From positions 87,609 to 151,608 of the forward strand of contig DATGZA010000011.1 of the NCBI GenBank assembly GCA_035297365.1: a DNA stretch of 64,000 bases, in the 5' to 3' direction. Source of the stretch: Nitrososphaeraceae archaeon (GTDB lineage: Archaea > Thermoproteota > Nitrososphaeria > Nitrososphaerales > Nitrososphaeraceae). Below are positions 33,241 to 43,351 of this stretch, in pieces. Below the pieces are notes generated by a model, which saw only the letters and a program-made list of their open reading frames with translations, was not told the origin of the DNA and did not search any database. Position 1 is the first letter of the stretch; each line of letters opens with the position of its first letter. The position numbers were made by a program, and so were the translations under genes.

Positions 33241-35241
33241 TTATCCAACTACCATGTTGAACAAAGATGATATTCCATCATTGTCACTCAGGTCAATAAA
33301 GGGGTTGAATGTCAGGCCGTTGTTGTTACTTGCTCTAAAGAAGATATCTGTATCAACACCATTACTGTTATCTCTCCAAGCAACATAGACATTGTTGCCA
33401 GCGACTATCATCTGTTGTAAATCCGATATTCCATCATTGTCACTCAGGTCAATAAAGGGGTTGAATGTCAGGCCGTTGTTGTTACTTGCTCTAAAGAAGA
33501 CATCATCGTCTCCACCATTACTGTTATCATTCCATACAACATATACATTTTTTCCAGAAGAAAGTATTTGCTTGTCGTCAAATTCTTTAGAGTTCCCATC
33601 ATTGTCACTCAGGTCAATAAAGGGGTTGAATGTCAGGCCGTTGTTGTTACTTGCTCTAAAGAAGATATCTCGATCACCACCATTACTTTGGTCATTCCAT
33701 ATAATGTATACATCATTGCTAGACACAAGCATTTTGGGTCTAAATGAATTTCCATCATTGTCACTGAGATCAATGACAGAATTGAATGTGAGGCCTATGT
33801 TATTACTTGCTCTAAAAAAGACATCAGTATCTCCTCCATTAATTTGATCCCATACAACATAGACATTGTTTCCAGAGGCAAGCATCTGTATGATTGATGC
33901 ATCACCCATAACGTTAAGATCAATAAATGGGTTGAATGTCAAGCCATTGTTGTTACTTGCTCTGAAGAGTAAATTACCACCGTTGGGAATATCTTGATGC
34001 CACACGACATAGACATTGTTGCCAGCAGTAACAATCTGTGGTCTACCAGTCGCTGGTTCAGGGGGACTGCTGAGTTCTATAACAGAATTGAATGTCAGGC
34101 CGTTGTTGTTACTTGCTCTGAAGAGGAAATCATCACCATTGCTTTCGTCACTCCACAAAACATAGACATTATTGCTAGAGACAAGCATTTGTGGACTAAA
34201 GGAGTCCCCATCATTATCACTAAGGTTAATAACAGCGTTGAAATTCTGTCCGTTGTTGTTACTTGCTCTAAAAAAGACATCTATATCGCCACCATTAGAT
34301 CTATCATTCCACAAAACATATACATTATTGCCAGAGACACGCATTTGCTGATCAGATGGTGATCCATCACTATCACTTATATCAATAAAAGCGTTGAAAT
34401 TCTGTCCGTTGTTGTTACTTGCTCTAAAGAGAATATCGTTAGCGCCACTACTGTGATCTACCCATGAGACATAGATATTATTGCCAGAGACGAGCATTTG
34501 AGGATTACCAGAGTTTCCATCATTGTCACTCAGGTCAATAACAGGGTTGAATGTCAGGCCGTTGTTGTTACTGACTCGAAAGAAGATATCTACATCACCG
34601 CCGTTACTCGTATCTTCCCAGACAACATAGACATTGTTGCCAGAGACGAGCATTTGCGGTAAGAAACCCGAATCTCCATCATTGTCACTCAGGTTAATAA
34701 CAGGGTTGAATGTCAGGCCGTTGTTGTTACTTGCTCTAAAGAAGATGTCAAAATCGCCACCGTTAGTGTTATCTCTCCAAGCAACATAGACATTATCATC
34801 TTCTGGTTGTTGTTCTACTACTATGCGTTGATTATTCAAATTCAAATTTGCACAGATGTTTACAAGATTTTTATTTGTAACGATATTATTATTATCATCG
34901 TTATGTTTATGATCTTTTAAATTATTATTGTTAGTATCAGCAGAGAAAGTATCTATATCAGACTCTACTCCATTTACATTCAGGTTATCGTTGCTACAGT
35001 CAATAATTTGTTGATTGTTATTTCTTGTGGTTGGAATAGTAAAGGTAGGATAATAAGCATCTTCTTTTTCACTATAGTTATCCTCAACTGCTATAGCATC
35101 ATTCAAAACTCCAAGAGTGGATAAATATGAAATAGGAGATACTGAAAATATATTTCCAATTGTACTAAGAGACAAAATTGTTGTTAGAAATATTATATGG
35201 ATTTTCCGGTGTTTGCAACTACTATTACGATACATATACAA
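33241..35241 (-). CDS. secreted protein with CxNxNxNVNG-type domain and 10 BNR/Asp-box-like repeats (sialidase-like propeller)
   Basis: IDCSNDNLNVNG...KNLVNICAN; 10x NVYVxW...FFRASNNNGLTFN. Confidence 0.85.
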   Translation of the reverse strand: MYMYRNSSCKHRKIHIIFLTTILSLSTIGNIFSVSPISYLSTLGVLNDAIAVEDNYSEKEDAYYPTFTIPTTRNNNQQIIDCSNDNLNVNGVESDIDTFSADTNNNNLKDHKHNDDNNNIVTNKNLVNICANLNLNNQRIVVEQQPEDDNVYVAWRDNTNGGDFDIFFRASNNNGLTFNPVINLSDNDGDSGFLPQMLVSGNNVYVVWEDTSNGGDVDIFFRVSNNNGLTFNPVIDLSDNDGNSGNPQMLVSGNNIYVSWVDHSSGANDILFRASNNNGQNFNAFIDISDSDGSPSDQQMRVSGNNVYVLWNDRSNGGDIDVFFRASNNNGQNFNAVINLSDNDGDSFSPQMLVSSNNVYVLWSDESNGDDFLFRASNNNGLTFNSVIELSSPPEPATGRPQIVTAGNNVYVVWHQDIPNGGNLLFRASNNNGLTFNPFIDLNVMGDASIIQMLASGNNVYVVWDQINGGDTDVFFRASNNIGLTFNSVIDLSDNDGNSFRPKMLVSSNDVYIIWNDQSNGGDRDIFFRASNNNGLTFNPFIDLSDNDGNSKEFDDKQILSSGKNVYVVWNDNSNGGDDDVFFRASNNNGLTFNPFIDLSDNDGISDLQQMIVAGNNVYVAWRDNSNGVDTDIFFRASNNNGLTFNPFIDLSDNDGISSLFNMVVG

Positions 35242-35559
35242 AACATTGCAAAAACATTTGTATATTATTATTTTGAAAAATTTCTAGGGGTTAATTTAAT
35301 TTAATAGCTCATAATTAAAAATAATACTACAAAATAACAAGTGATGATGTATCTAATATGATTATGTTAATATCAACTAGTATAATATTACATAATTAGA
35401 ATTAATTTTTAATATTTAAAATGAAGCCACAAACCCCTGGTTAAAAGCGATCTTGATTTTCATCAAGTTACATCTCGTCGTCATATGACTCTCAATTTCA
35501 GTCGTTGGCAATTACAACAATTGCATCTACTTTAAAACAATATCTTCGGCATTAATAGC

Positions 35560-35630
35560 ATATTAATAAACTAATACGTAGGCGCTCAAACGGAGGTGTG
35601 TAAACTGTTTTTGACACAATTTTGTAGTTC
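35560..35630 (+). repeat. att-like site L5-RA
   Basis: ATATTAATAAACT...CAAACGGAGGTGTGTAAACTGTTTTTGACACAATTTTGTAGTTC. Confidence 0.8.
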
Positions 35631-35703
35631 AGAATAAGTATTTTTTTAAAGCGTAATAATATTTTGATCGAACTTATAATATTGTATATAACTTATAATA
35701 CTA

Positions 35704-36138
35704 ATGGCAGGAATGACTAAAGATGAAATCCGAAATTTTCTTTTAAAAGGCACTTTTACAGGAAAACTCGGAACAATTAACAAAAATGGAACACCGCATG
35801 TAGTTCCTATTTGGTATACATTAGATGACGAGGATAATATTTTATTTAATACAGATAATAATTCAGTAAAAGCAAAAAATATTAAACGTGACAATCGAGT
35901 CCGCTTATGTGTAGATGATCAGACTCCTCTTTTCTCATTTGTTACTATTGACGGTGTAGCAGAAATAATTAGTAAAGAGCCAAAAGAAGTTTTCAAATGG
36001 GCTAAAATTATTGCTGCAAGGTATATGGGTGATGATAAAGCCGAAGAGTATGGTAGGAGAAATAGTTCAGAAGGTGAACTATTAATAAAAATAAAACCAA
36101 CCAAGGTTATTGGTCAAAAGGATACAGCAGGATGGTAA
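35704..36138 (+). CDS. PPOX-class F420-dependent oxidoreductase, copy 1
   Basis: GTINKNGTPHVVPIWY, KAKNIKRDNRVRLCVDD. Confidence 0.9.
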   Translation: MAGMTKDEIRNFLLKGTFTGKLGTINKNGTPHVVPIWYTLDDEDNILFNTDNNSVKAKNIKRDNRVRLCVDDQTPLFSFVTIDGVAEIISKEPKEVFKWAKIIAARYMGDDKAEEYGRRNSSEGELLIKIKPTKVIGQKDTAGW

Positions 36139-36184
36139 ATAATCAATTCAACTTTTCATAAATGAATTATTTATTTTATAAATT

Positions 36185-36272
36185 AATGAATTAAAGGTTA
36201 AAAATTATACGGGTCGTTGGTATTATAGAGGGTTCTGAGGGCTTCGAGTTCTCATTATAACAGGGTTCGACT
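36185..36272 (+). repeat. att-like site L4-core-RB variant
   Basis: ATGAATTAAAGGTTAAAA...GGGTTCTGAGGGCTTCGAGTTCTCATTATAACAGGGTTCG. Confidence 0.75.
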
Positions 36273-36820
36273 ACCGTGTATTTAGCTTTTTCTCATGATA
36301 ACTTAAAAGAATATTTATCTTTACTAATACACAAACTTCCATTGAAAATTTTCTGTAATTCAAAAAAAATTAGAGTTCTACAGCAACCATAATTATTTTC
36401 TAACAAAATTTTTATCTAAATAGTGATAACGTGGTAATACTTTAACATATATCAGAGTATAGCTAGCAATATATGCCTGAAAACGCAAATAAACAGCGAC
36501 AACAGGACAACAAACAAGAGAAAAAGGTTGTTAATCATAAAAAGAGAAAATTTAAAAGTACGTAGTTCTTTAGGATTTTTATCCTGATAAATTTATTTTG
36601 CATTATTTATTGGTAGAGTCGCATTCTCTATCTAGTTATATTTTTCTCTAAAAATTCACTAATCTATTAACTTCAGCATTTTTCACTAATACAACAATAT
36701 TTTAGTATTACGAACAGAATTTCCAGCAACTTTAATTTGTATCTATTTTTTTAGGTCTTATTGATTTAGATATATACCTAAAAAACTCTTTCATTAATGA
36801 CTTATATCCATAATTAAATA

Positions 36821-37628
36821 TTATTTTAATGAAATCAAATTACTATTTTTATCATTTTCGTCATCATCACAATCACAACTATTACAACTTTTTGATTTAA
36901 CATTCACTTTTTTATTTGCTTCAATGAATACTACTGTTAAGGCTCCTACTAATAATGCTAGTGGAATTGCCAGAACAATAGAATAATTATAGAAGACTAT
37001 TCCAATAGTTTCAGCAGTTAATATACAAGCGCTTTCTGCAGTAATTAAAATAACCAGACTAGTTTTTAATATATAGTTTAAGTTTGGCTCTTTGTTTAGA
37101 TATGATATTTTCTTTATGCCTTTTATAAAATATCCAAATGTTAGAAACATGTTTGAAAGAAATCCTTTATTTGATTGCTGCTCTAGCACTGAACAACAAC
37201 TTTCAATCTTTCCCTCGGTTCCAGTATATCGCCCTAATATTGTCATAAAAGTAGTAAAACCAGCAAGAGCATATCCTATAATGTATGCTAATGTAATTCC
37301 TATTAAATTGAAACCAAATGTATACTCCAATATTCTCACCTATTTCTGCTGCCATTATGCAAAGGATTTCTATCCCTAGTGCAGTGGGATACATATTTTT
37401 TGTAATGTTTAAAAATAATTTACTCTTTGATTTTAGAGATAAATCTGGTAGATATAAATCTGGAGATAAAGATTTTTTTCTCAATATATTAGTATGAATA
37501 GTAATACAACAGCAAATCTCCTTAATACAATTTTTACATCGTATACCATTATTTATAATATTATTATTGTTATAATTACAATTTTCAATAGAACATTTGC
37601 ATTCAGAACAGACAATATACTTTCCCAA
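36821..37628 (-). pseudogene. frameshifted Cys-rich membrane protein (one gene split into two ORFs)
   Basis: ...AAEIGENIGVYI continues as FGFNLIGITLAY in another frame near 37318; Cys clusters at both ends and middle; could be a sequencing indel. Confidence 0.65.
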
Positions 37629-37716
37629 TATTGTATTATTTCTAATTACAAGATATTAGGTTTTACTTCTTTTTCGTCTTATAATAGTGACAATTAAAAA
37701 ATCAATTATTTACTGA

Positions 37717-37930
37717 ATCAACTAGAACTGATGTGGATTCTTTTGGAGCTACATAAGCAATAAAAAATATGTATACTGCTATTATTATACTTCCAATTGA
37801 ATCCATATTGGTATCTCAAAATACCCTGCTAGAACGCTTCCCAATCCAACAATTGAAGCAGAACCATCCATCCTTTATAGAATTTTTTGCATCCAAATTC
37901 AAAGTTCATCAGTTTATTTTTTTTGAAATT
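37717..37930 (-). pseudogene. cation diffusion facilitator (CDF) transporter fragment
   Basis: Frameshifted LDAKNSIKDG..SASIVGLGSVLAGYF..MDSIGSIIIAVYIFFIAYVA..ESTSVLVD. Confidence 0.55.
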
Positions 37931-37980
37931 TATGGAAAATTGCAATTTAGATATTGATTAAACATTATAACCTAAAAGAG

Positions 37981-38017
37981 CGCCCGGGCCAGGATTTGTA
38001 TGTTCACTTCTAATCCG
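37981..38017 (+). repeat. tRNA 3'-end remnant (Asp-like att) plus GTTCACTTCTA motif
   Basis: Reverse complement CAAAT-CCTGG-CCCGGGC-G fits T-loop/T-stem/acceptor/discriminator; TGTTCACTTCTA also at 50114 upstream of integrase stub. Confidence 0.6.
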
Positions 38018-38505
38018 ATATTTTGGATTCATATAATAATGTTACACAAAGGTAGAAATAAATTTTTCTTTTATTAATTGATTAAATGATTATCATAAGT
38101 ATATTTTATATTTCTCAAGTGGTACAACAACATTAAAAATAAATTAATATGATAGAACAAGTTAGATTTTAACTTGCTATATATGGAAATTTACATCATT
38201 TGTATTTAGCTTTTTATTATGAAATCAGATACCCCCTAGAACGGATGAATACATTAGGTAAGAGGATTCGGGCGCATTATTTTTGATTGTAATTATATAG
38301 TTAAAGTCTGAATTATCAACAAGCTATTTACATACGGCTAAAACAATATAGATTATATAGATTTTAAACTATCTTCAGTTTTCAATAAATTCAAAATAAA
38401 ATTTATCATTTTTATCTAGTTCATATAAAAGAATTGTTAGATATCTTTAAATTATTGTTCACTGAAGCAAAATCGACAAAATCAAGGAATGAATTTGAGT
38501 AAATA

Positions 38506-40155
38506 TTGGAACAACTGATAGAACTTTTAGTTCTATTGGGAGGAACGTTAGTTCTAGCAACTTTTTTTGGAATGTATTTAGCTAGAATGATTTCCTATGA
38601 AAATAGACCGATAGAAAAGACACTTGCAATAGTGGAAAGCAGATTTTATCGACTAATTGGAATAGATGTAAATAAACAAATGACTTGGAAAGAGTACTTT
38701 TTTGCTCTTTTCATAACTAACATGGTAGTTGTGGTTATAGTAGTTTTGATACTTACGTTTCAAAATTATTTACCATCAACAACGCCAGTGCCAGGTCTAT
38801 CAATTGATTTAGCTGTTAATACAGCAATATCATTTATCACTGATACTAACTTACAGCATCTTGCAGGTGACCAACAACTATCCAATTTATCACAAATGAT
38901 AGCTATCACCTTTACCATGTTCGTTGCACCAGCTTCTGGTATTGCTGCTGCTTTTGCTTTTATACGTTCTTTTATAAGAAAAAATTTTGGATTAGGTAAT
39001 TTTTACATGGATTTTATAAGAATTATTTTAACCTTATTGTTGCCTGTATCATTCCTTTCAGCTTTAATCTTGATGGTGTTAGGAGTTCCACAGACACTTG
39101 ATTCATCAATAACAATTACTCCATTAGAATCTACAATTAATAACGGTAATAATATAACAACAACATTAACAGAACAGACAACAACGATAGGACCTGTTGC
39201 GTCTTTAGAATCAATTAAGCTATTGGGAAGTAACGGAGGTGGTTTTTTTGTATCAAATTCAGGACATCCTTATGAAAATCCTACTGGTTTTTCCAATCTA
39301 TATGAAATGTTTCTAATGTTAATAATTCCACTATCATTTCCCATATCATATGCTAAATTAATGGGCTTGGGCAGGGGGTTATCGATTCTTACTACAATGT
39401 TAATTGGATTTGGTGTACTATTGACATTTTCATTATCAACTCAAAACGGCCCTAATTTATTAGAAACAAGATTTGGTAGTTTTGGTAGCGCATTATTTGA
39501 TACTTCATCTTTAGCAACAAATACAGGAGCAGCTAATTCTTCGTTAGCTGGAATGTCTTCAAATTCTATCACAGCCTTTTTCCTAGCAATGTTTGTTCAG
39601 GCAATACCTGGTGCCGTAGGTACTGGAATGATGATGATGATAGTATACGTACTTTTGACACTTTTTATTGTAGGTCTAATGGTAGGAAAAACTCCAGAAT
39701 TTATGAGTATGAAAATTAGTCCAAGGGATATCAAATTAGCAATGTTCATTTTCCTCATACATCCAGCTCTTATCCTGATACCAACTGTCATTTCATTTAC
39801 ATCAGGAAATGCGCAGACCATAGTGGGAGAAAAAGTAACTGCAATGGGATTTACTCAAACATTATATGAATATACTTCATCCGCAGCAAACAATGGTTCA
39901 GACTATTTTGGAACGTCGGCTGATACTCCGTTCTGGAACTGGTCTACTGCTATTGTAATGTTTCTTGGAAGATATGTACCATTAGGATTGATGCTAGGTA
40001 TAGCTGGTTCGTTTACGATAAAGGATAGAAAAGAAGTTATAGAACCAATCAAAACACAGGGACCTTTGTTTATTTCTGTATTGATTGTTATGACATTTCT
40101 GTTAACAGCACTTTCATTCTTCCCCTTTCTTGTAATGGGGCCAATTTCTATTTAA
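38506..40155 (+). CDS. kdpA: potassium-transporting ATPase subunit A
   Basis: SFITDTNLQH, LGSNGGGFF, GLMVGKTPEF, SSAANNGS. Confidence 0.95.
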   Translation: MEQLIELLVLLGGTLVLATFFGMYLARMISYENRPIEKTLAIVESRFYRLIGIDVNKQMTWKEYFFALFITNMVVVVIVVLILTFQNYLPSTTPVPGLSIDLAVNTAISFITDTNLQHLAGDQQLSNLSQMIAITFTMFVAPASGIAAAFAFIRSFIRKNFGLGNFYMDFIRIILTLLLPVSFLSALILMVLGVPQTLDSSITITPLESTINNGNNITTTLTEQTTTIGPVASLESIKLLGSNGGGFFVSNSGHPYENPTGFSNLYEMFLMLIIPLSFPISYAKLMGLGRGLSILTTMLIGFGVLLTFSLSTQNGPNLLETRFGSFGSALFDTSSLATNTGAANSSLAGMSSNSITAFFLAMFVQAIPGAVGTGMMMMIVYVLLTLFIVGLMVGKTPEFMSMKISPRDIKLAMFIFLIHPALILIPTVISFTSGNAQTIVGEKVTAMGFTQTLYEYTSSAANNGSDYFGTSADTPFWNWSTAIVMFLGRYVPLGLMLGIAGSFTIKDRKEVIEPIKTQGPLFISVLIVMTFLLTALSFFPFLVMGPISI

Positions 40156-40235
40156 CAAGGTGACAAATTATTAACAGAGAAGATAATAAAACTAATCAAT
40201 ACAAGAATAACAATAAAAAAAATACATCTGGTAGA

Positions 40236-42437
40236 ATGTTGTTTTATAATTTGACTAATAATATAAACAGAGATATTTTAGTAGATTCTACAAAGAAACT
40301 TAATCCTAAATACCTTGCAAAAAACAATCCCGTAATGTTTACTGTAGAATTAGGCTTTTTTATAGTATTATTTATTGCAATATTTCCTAACATTTCAGAA
40401 ACATTTGTTAGTCAACATCAAATATTGTATATTGAAACTTCAATGATACTGATACTTACTGTATGGTTTGCAACATTTTCTGAATCTTTATCAGAATCTC
40501 AAGCAAAAGCAAGAGTTGATTCTCTTAGAGGATTGGAGAAAGAAGTAACTGCCCACAAATTAGTACATGGAAAAGAGAGTAGCATTACATCATCAAGTTT
40601 AAAACCAGGTGATGAAGTGCGAGTATATGCTGGCGAAATTATACCTAGAGACGGATTAGTTATTGAAGGTAAAACGTTTGTTGACGAGTCAATGATGACA
40701 GGAGAGACCAATCCAATATTCAAAGAAAAAGATGACCATGTAATAGGCGGAACAAGAGTTACAACAGACAGTATAATAGTTGAAATAACTGCTGAAGTTG
40801 GAAAAAGCTATCTTGACGAGATGGTAGGCATGGTAAAAAATGCAACAAGACCAAAGACTCAAAATGAGATTGCTTTAACAATACTGTTAGCAGGATTATC
40901 ACTTATCTTCATAACAATAATAGGGACATTACTATTTGTAGGTCATTTTCTTGGATACAAAACAGATATTGCATCTTTAGTTGCACTTTTAGTTGCTCTA
41001 ATGCCTACTACCATTGGAGGACTTCTACCTGCTATTGGCGTTGCTGGTATTACAAGAATAGGAAAAGATAACATCATAGCTAAATCAGGAAAGGGAATTG
41101 AAGCTGCTGGTGATTGTGATGTACTGATACTTGACAAAACGGGTACAATTACAGAAGGCAGTAGAAGTGCCATATCCTTTATACCTACACATGGATATAC
41201 AGAAGAAGATGTAGGGCAGGTAGCATTCGCAGCATCTATCCATGATACAACTCACGAAGGAAAATCAATAGTGGATTTGGCTGAAGAAAAAAAATATCTG
41301 CCCCCTTTGCTGGAGCAAATAATAACTGCAAAACCAATAGATTTTTCAGCTGAAACAAGAGTAAGTGGACTTGAATTTATTACACATAAAAAAAGAATTA
41401 ATTTGAATAAAGAACAAGAAGAAGAATTTAGAGACATAGCAAAAACAATACAAGATAAAACTCGTATAGATGATTCCTTACCAATAGATACGATAGAAAA
41501 AGCTATTGATGAATCAAGCAAAAGCAAAGTTCACAATATGTTATTGCAATTAGAACATTCGGATAAACCTATAAAAATCCTAAAAGGAGCAGTTGATGTT
41601 ATATTAGAAGCAGCTAATCCACAAACCAACAAAGCGGAAATCAAGTGGAATGCTCAGGAAATATCTCAAGAAGGTGGTACACCTATAGCTGTATCTATCA
41701 ATAATCATATAATTGGTCTTATAGTTCTAAAAGATAATCTAAAAGAAAACATCAGAGAAAAACTTGCAGAAGTTCATGCGACAGGTATAACTACAATTAT
41801 GATTACAGGTGACAACAAACTAACAGCTGAAGTAATTGCTAAAGAAGCTAATGTTAATGAGGTAATGGCAGAAGCAAAACCTACTGATAAATTAACGAGA
41901 GTGATAGAAGAGCAACAAAAAGGACACATCATAGGTATGGTAGGTGATGGAACAAATGACGCACCTGCGCTTGCAAAAGCAGATATTGGATTGGCAATGA
42001 ATAGTGGAACTGCTGCTGCCAAAGAAGCAGCCAACATGGTTGATTTGGATTCTGACCCATCAAAGATACTAAAAGTTGTAAAACTTGGAAAGCAATTGCT
42101 CATGACCAGAGGAGCTATAACTACATTTAGTATAGCCAATGATGCTGCTAAATATTTTGCAATATTACCAGCAATGTTTATGGAAAACAATCCTACAATA
42201 GCAGCACTCAATATAATGCAATTACATAGTCCTCAAACTGCAATACTATCTACTTTAATCTTTAATGCATTAATAATACCAGCACTTATTCCTATTTCGT
42301 TAAAAGGAATCAAATTCAAAGCAGAATCACTAGAAAAAATATTTGTAAAGAATATCGTTGTATATGGAATAGGTGGAGCAGTATTGCCTTTTGTTGGAAT
42401 CAAGGTAATCGATGTTCTGCTATCTATTTTTATGTAA
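40236..42437 (+). CDS. kdpB: potassium-transporting ATPase subunit B (P-type ATPase)
   Basis: NPVMF, PTTIGGLL, DKTGTIT, GDGTNDAPALA, TFSIANDAAKYFAILP. Confidence 0.96.
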   Translation: MLFYNLTNNINRDILVDSTKKLNPKYLAKNNPVMFTVELGFFIVLFIAIFPNISETFVSQHQILYIETSMILILTVWFATFSESLSESQAKARVDSLRGLEKEVTAHKLVHGKESSITSSSLKPGDEVRVYAGEIIPRDGLVIEGKTFVDESMMTGETNPIFKEKDDHVIGGTRVTTDSIIVEITAEVGKSYLDEMVGMVKNATRPKTQNEIALTILLAGLSLIFITIIGTLLFVGHFLGYKTDIASLVALLVALMPTTIGGLLPAIGVAGITRIGKDNIIAKSGKGIEAAGDCDVLILDKTGTITEGSRSAISFIPTHGYTEEDVGQVAFAASIHDTTHEGKSIVDLAEEKKYLPPLLEQIITAKPIDFSAETRVSGLEFITHKKRINLNKEQEEEFRDIAKTIQDKTRIDDSLPIDTIEKAIDESSKSKVHNMLLQLEHSDKPIKILKGAVDVILEAANPQTNKAEIKWNAQEISQEGGTPIAVSINNHIIGLIVLKDNLKENIREKLAEVHATGITTIMITGDNKLTAEVIAKEANVNEVMAEAKPTDKLTRVIEEQQKGHIIGMVGDGTNDAPALAKADIGLAMNSGTAAAKEAANMVDLDSDPSKILKVVKLGKQLLMTRGAITTFSIANDAAKYFAILPAMFMENNPTIAALNIMQLHSPQTAILSTLIFNALIIPALIPISLKGIKFKAESLEKIFVKNIVVYGIGGAVLPFVGIKVIDVLLSIFM

Positions 42438-42452
42438 TGAGGATAGAACCGA

Positions 42453-42983
42453 GTGAAAAAAATAATGAACAACAACAATAAACAAAGAATAAAAAACTTT
42501 CTTTCTGATAATTTAGTCTCATCAATTAGAATAGTAATAGTGATGATGATTTTAACAGGAATTGGTTATCCCGTTTCACTTGTAATTATTGGACAAGTGA
42601 CTTTACCCTATCAATCTCAAGGAAGTCAAATCATTTGGAATGACAAAGTTATTGGTTCTGAACTTATAGCTCAGGAATTTACATCTTCGAAATTTTTTCA
42701 CAGTAGACCAGCAACTGATTCAGCTTCTACAGTAGACCCTCATATAACACCTGAATATGCATATCAACAAATATCAAATGTAAGTAAAGCAACACAAATT
42801 CCAGAAAATGCATTGAAAACTTTAATTGACCTTAATATAGAAAGAAATAAGGTAAGTAATTTGATTGTATTTGCTCCAAAATATGTCAATGTATTTGAAG
42901 TAAATTTAGAATTGGTAAAACAATATCCTGAAATATATTCTGTACCCACAACGGAATTAGGTAAAAAAACGGATATATCATAG
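42453..42983 (+). CDS. kdpC: potassium-transporting ATPase subunit C
   Basis: LTGIGYP, GSELIAQEF...FHSRP, DPHITP, VNVFEVNLEL. Confidence 0.92.
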   Translation: MKKIMNNNNKQRIKNFLSDNLVSSIRIVIVMMILTGIGYPVSLVIIGQVTLPYQSQGSQIIWNDKVIGSELIAQEFTSSKFFHSRPATDSASTVDPHITPEYAYQQISNVSKATQIPENALKTLIDLNIERNKVSNLIVFAPKYVNVFEVNLELVKQYPEIYSVPTTELGKKTDIS

Positions 42984-42999
42984 GAGGTGATATGAGTAG

Positions 43000-43086
43000 T
43001 TGGAACTTATTGTTTATGCTTTTATTACATTTCTTTTTGTATCTTCAATTTTCTTATCTTACTCCTTGATTAAAGCAGAAAAATAA
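43000..43086 (+). CDS. kdpF: KdpF-like small membrane peptide (28 aa, TTG start)
   Basis: Hand translation MELIVYAFITFLFVSSIFLSYSLIKAEK*; AGGAGGTGA ribosome-binding site at 42982-42990. Confidence 0.6.
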   Translation: MELIVYAFITFLFVSSIFLSYSLIKAEK

Positions 43087-43351
43087 ATAGAGCTAGTTGG
43101 CTCGATATGGGGAGTTTAGATAGGTGCAGTTATATGATATTTCTTTGGTTCTAAACCTGTAATTCAAGAGTGGGACTCGAACCTTGAAGCCATATTTCGG
43201 GGTATATACGCTACATAGTTGATAAAATGTTAATGTGGAAATGAATTACGAAAAATGAAAAAATAAAGTTTAGATAAAAAGTTGATTTTTAAATTATCTA
43301 GTACTGAAAAATCAAATATATTATTAGTGAATATAGGTCTATAGACTTAGG

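Noticed and set aside
38221-38280. Possible riboswitch upstream of kdpA
   Set aside because: Slightly GC-richer patch, but I could not match c-di-AMP (ydaO) consensus elements by eye; would need an Infernal search.
14719-42478. Antisense or overlapping ORFs such as 14719-15354, 33392-33847 and 41774-42211
   Set aside because: Shadow frames of well-supported genes on the opposite strand.
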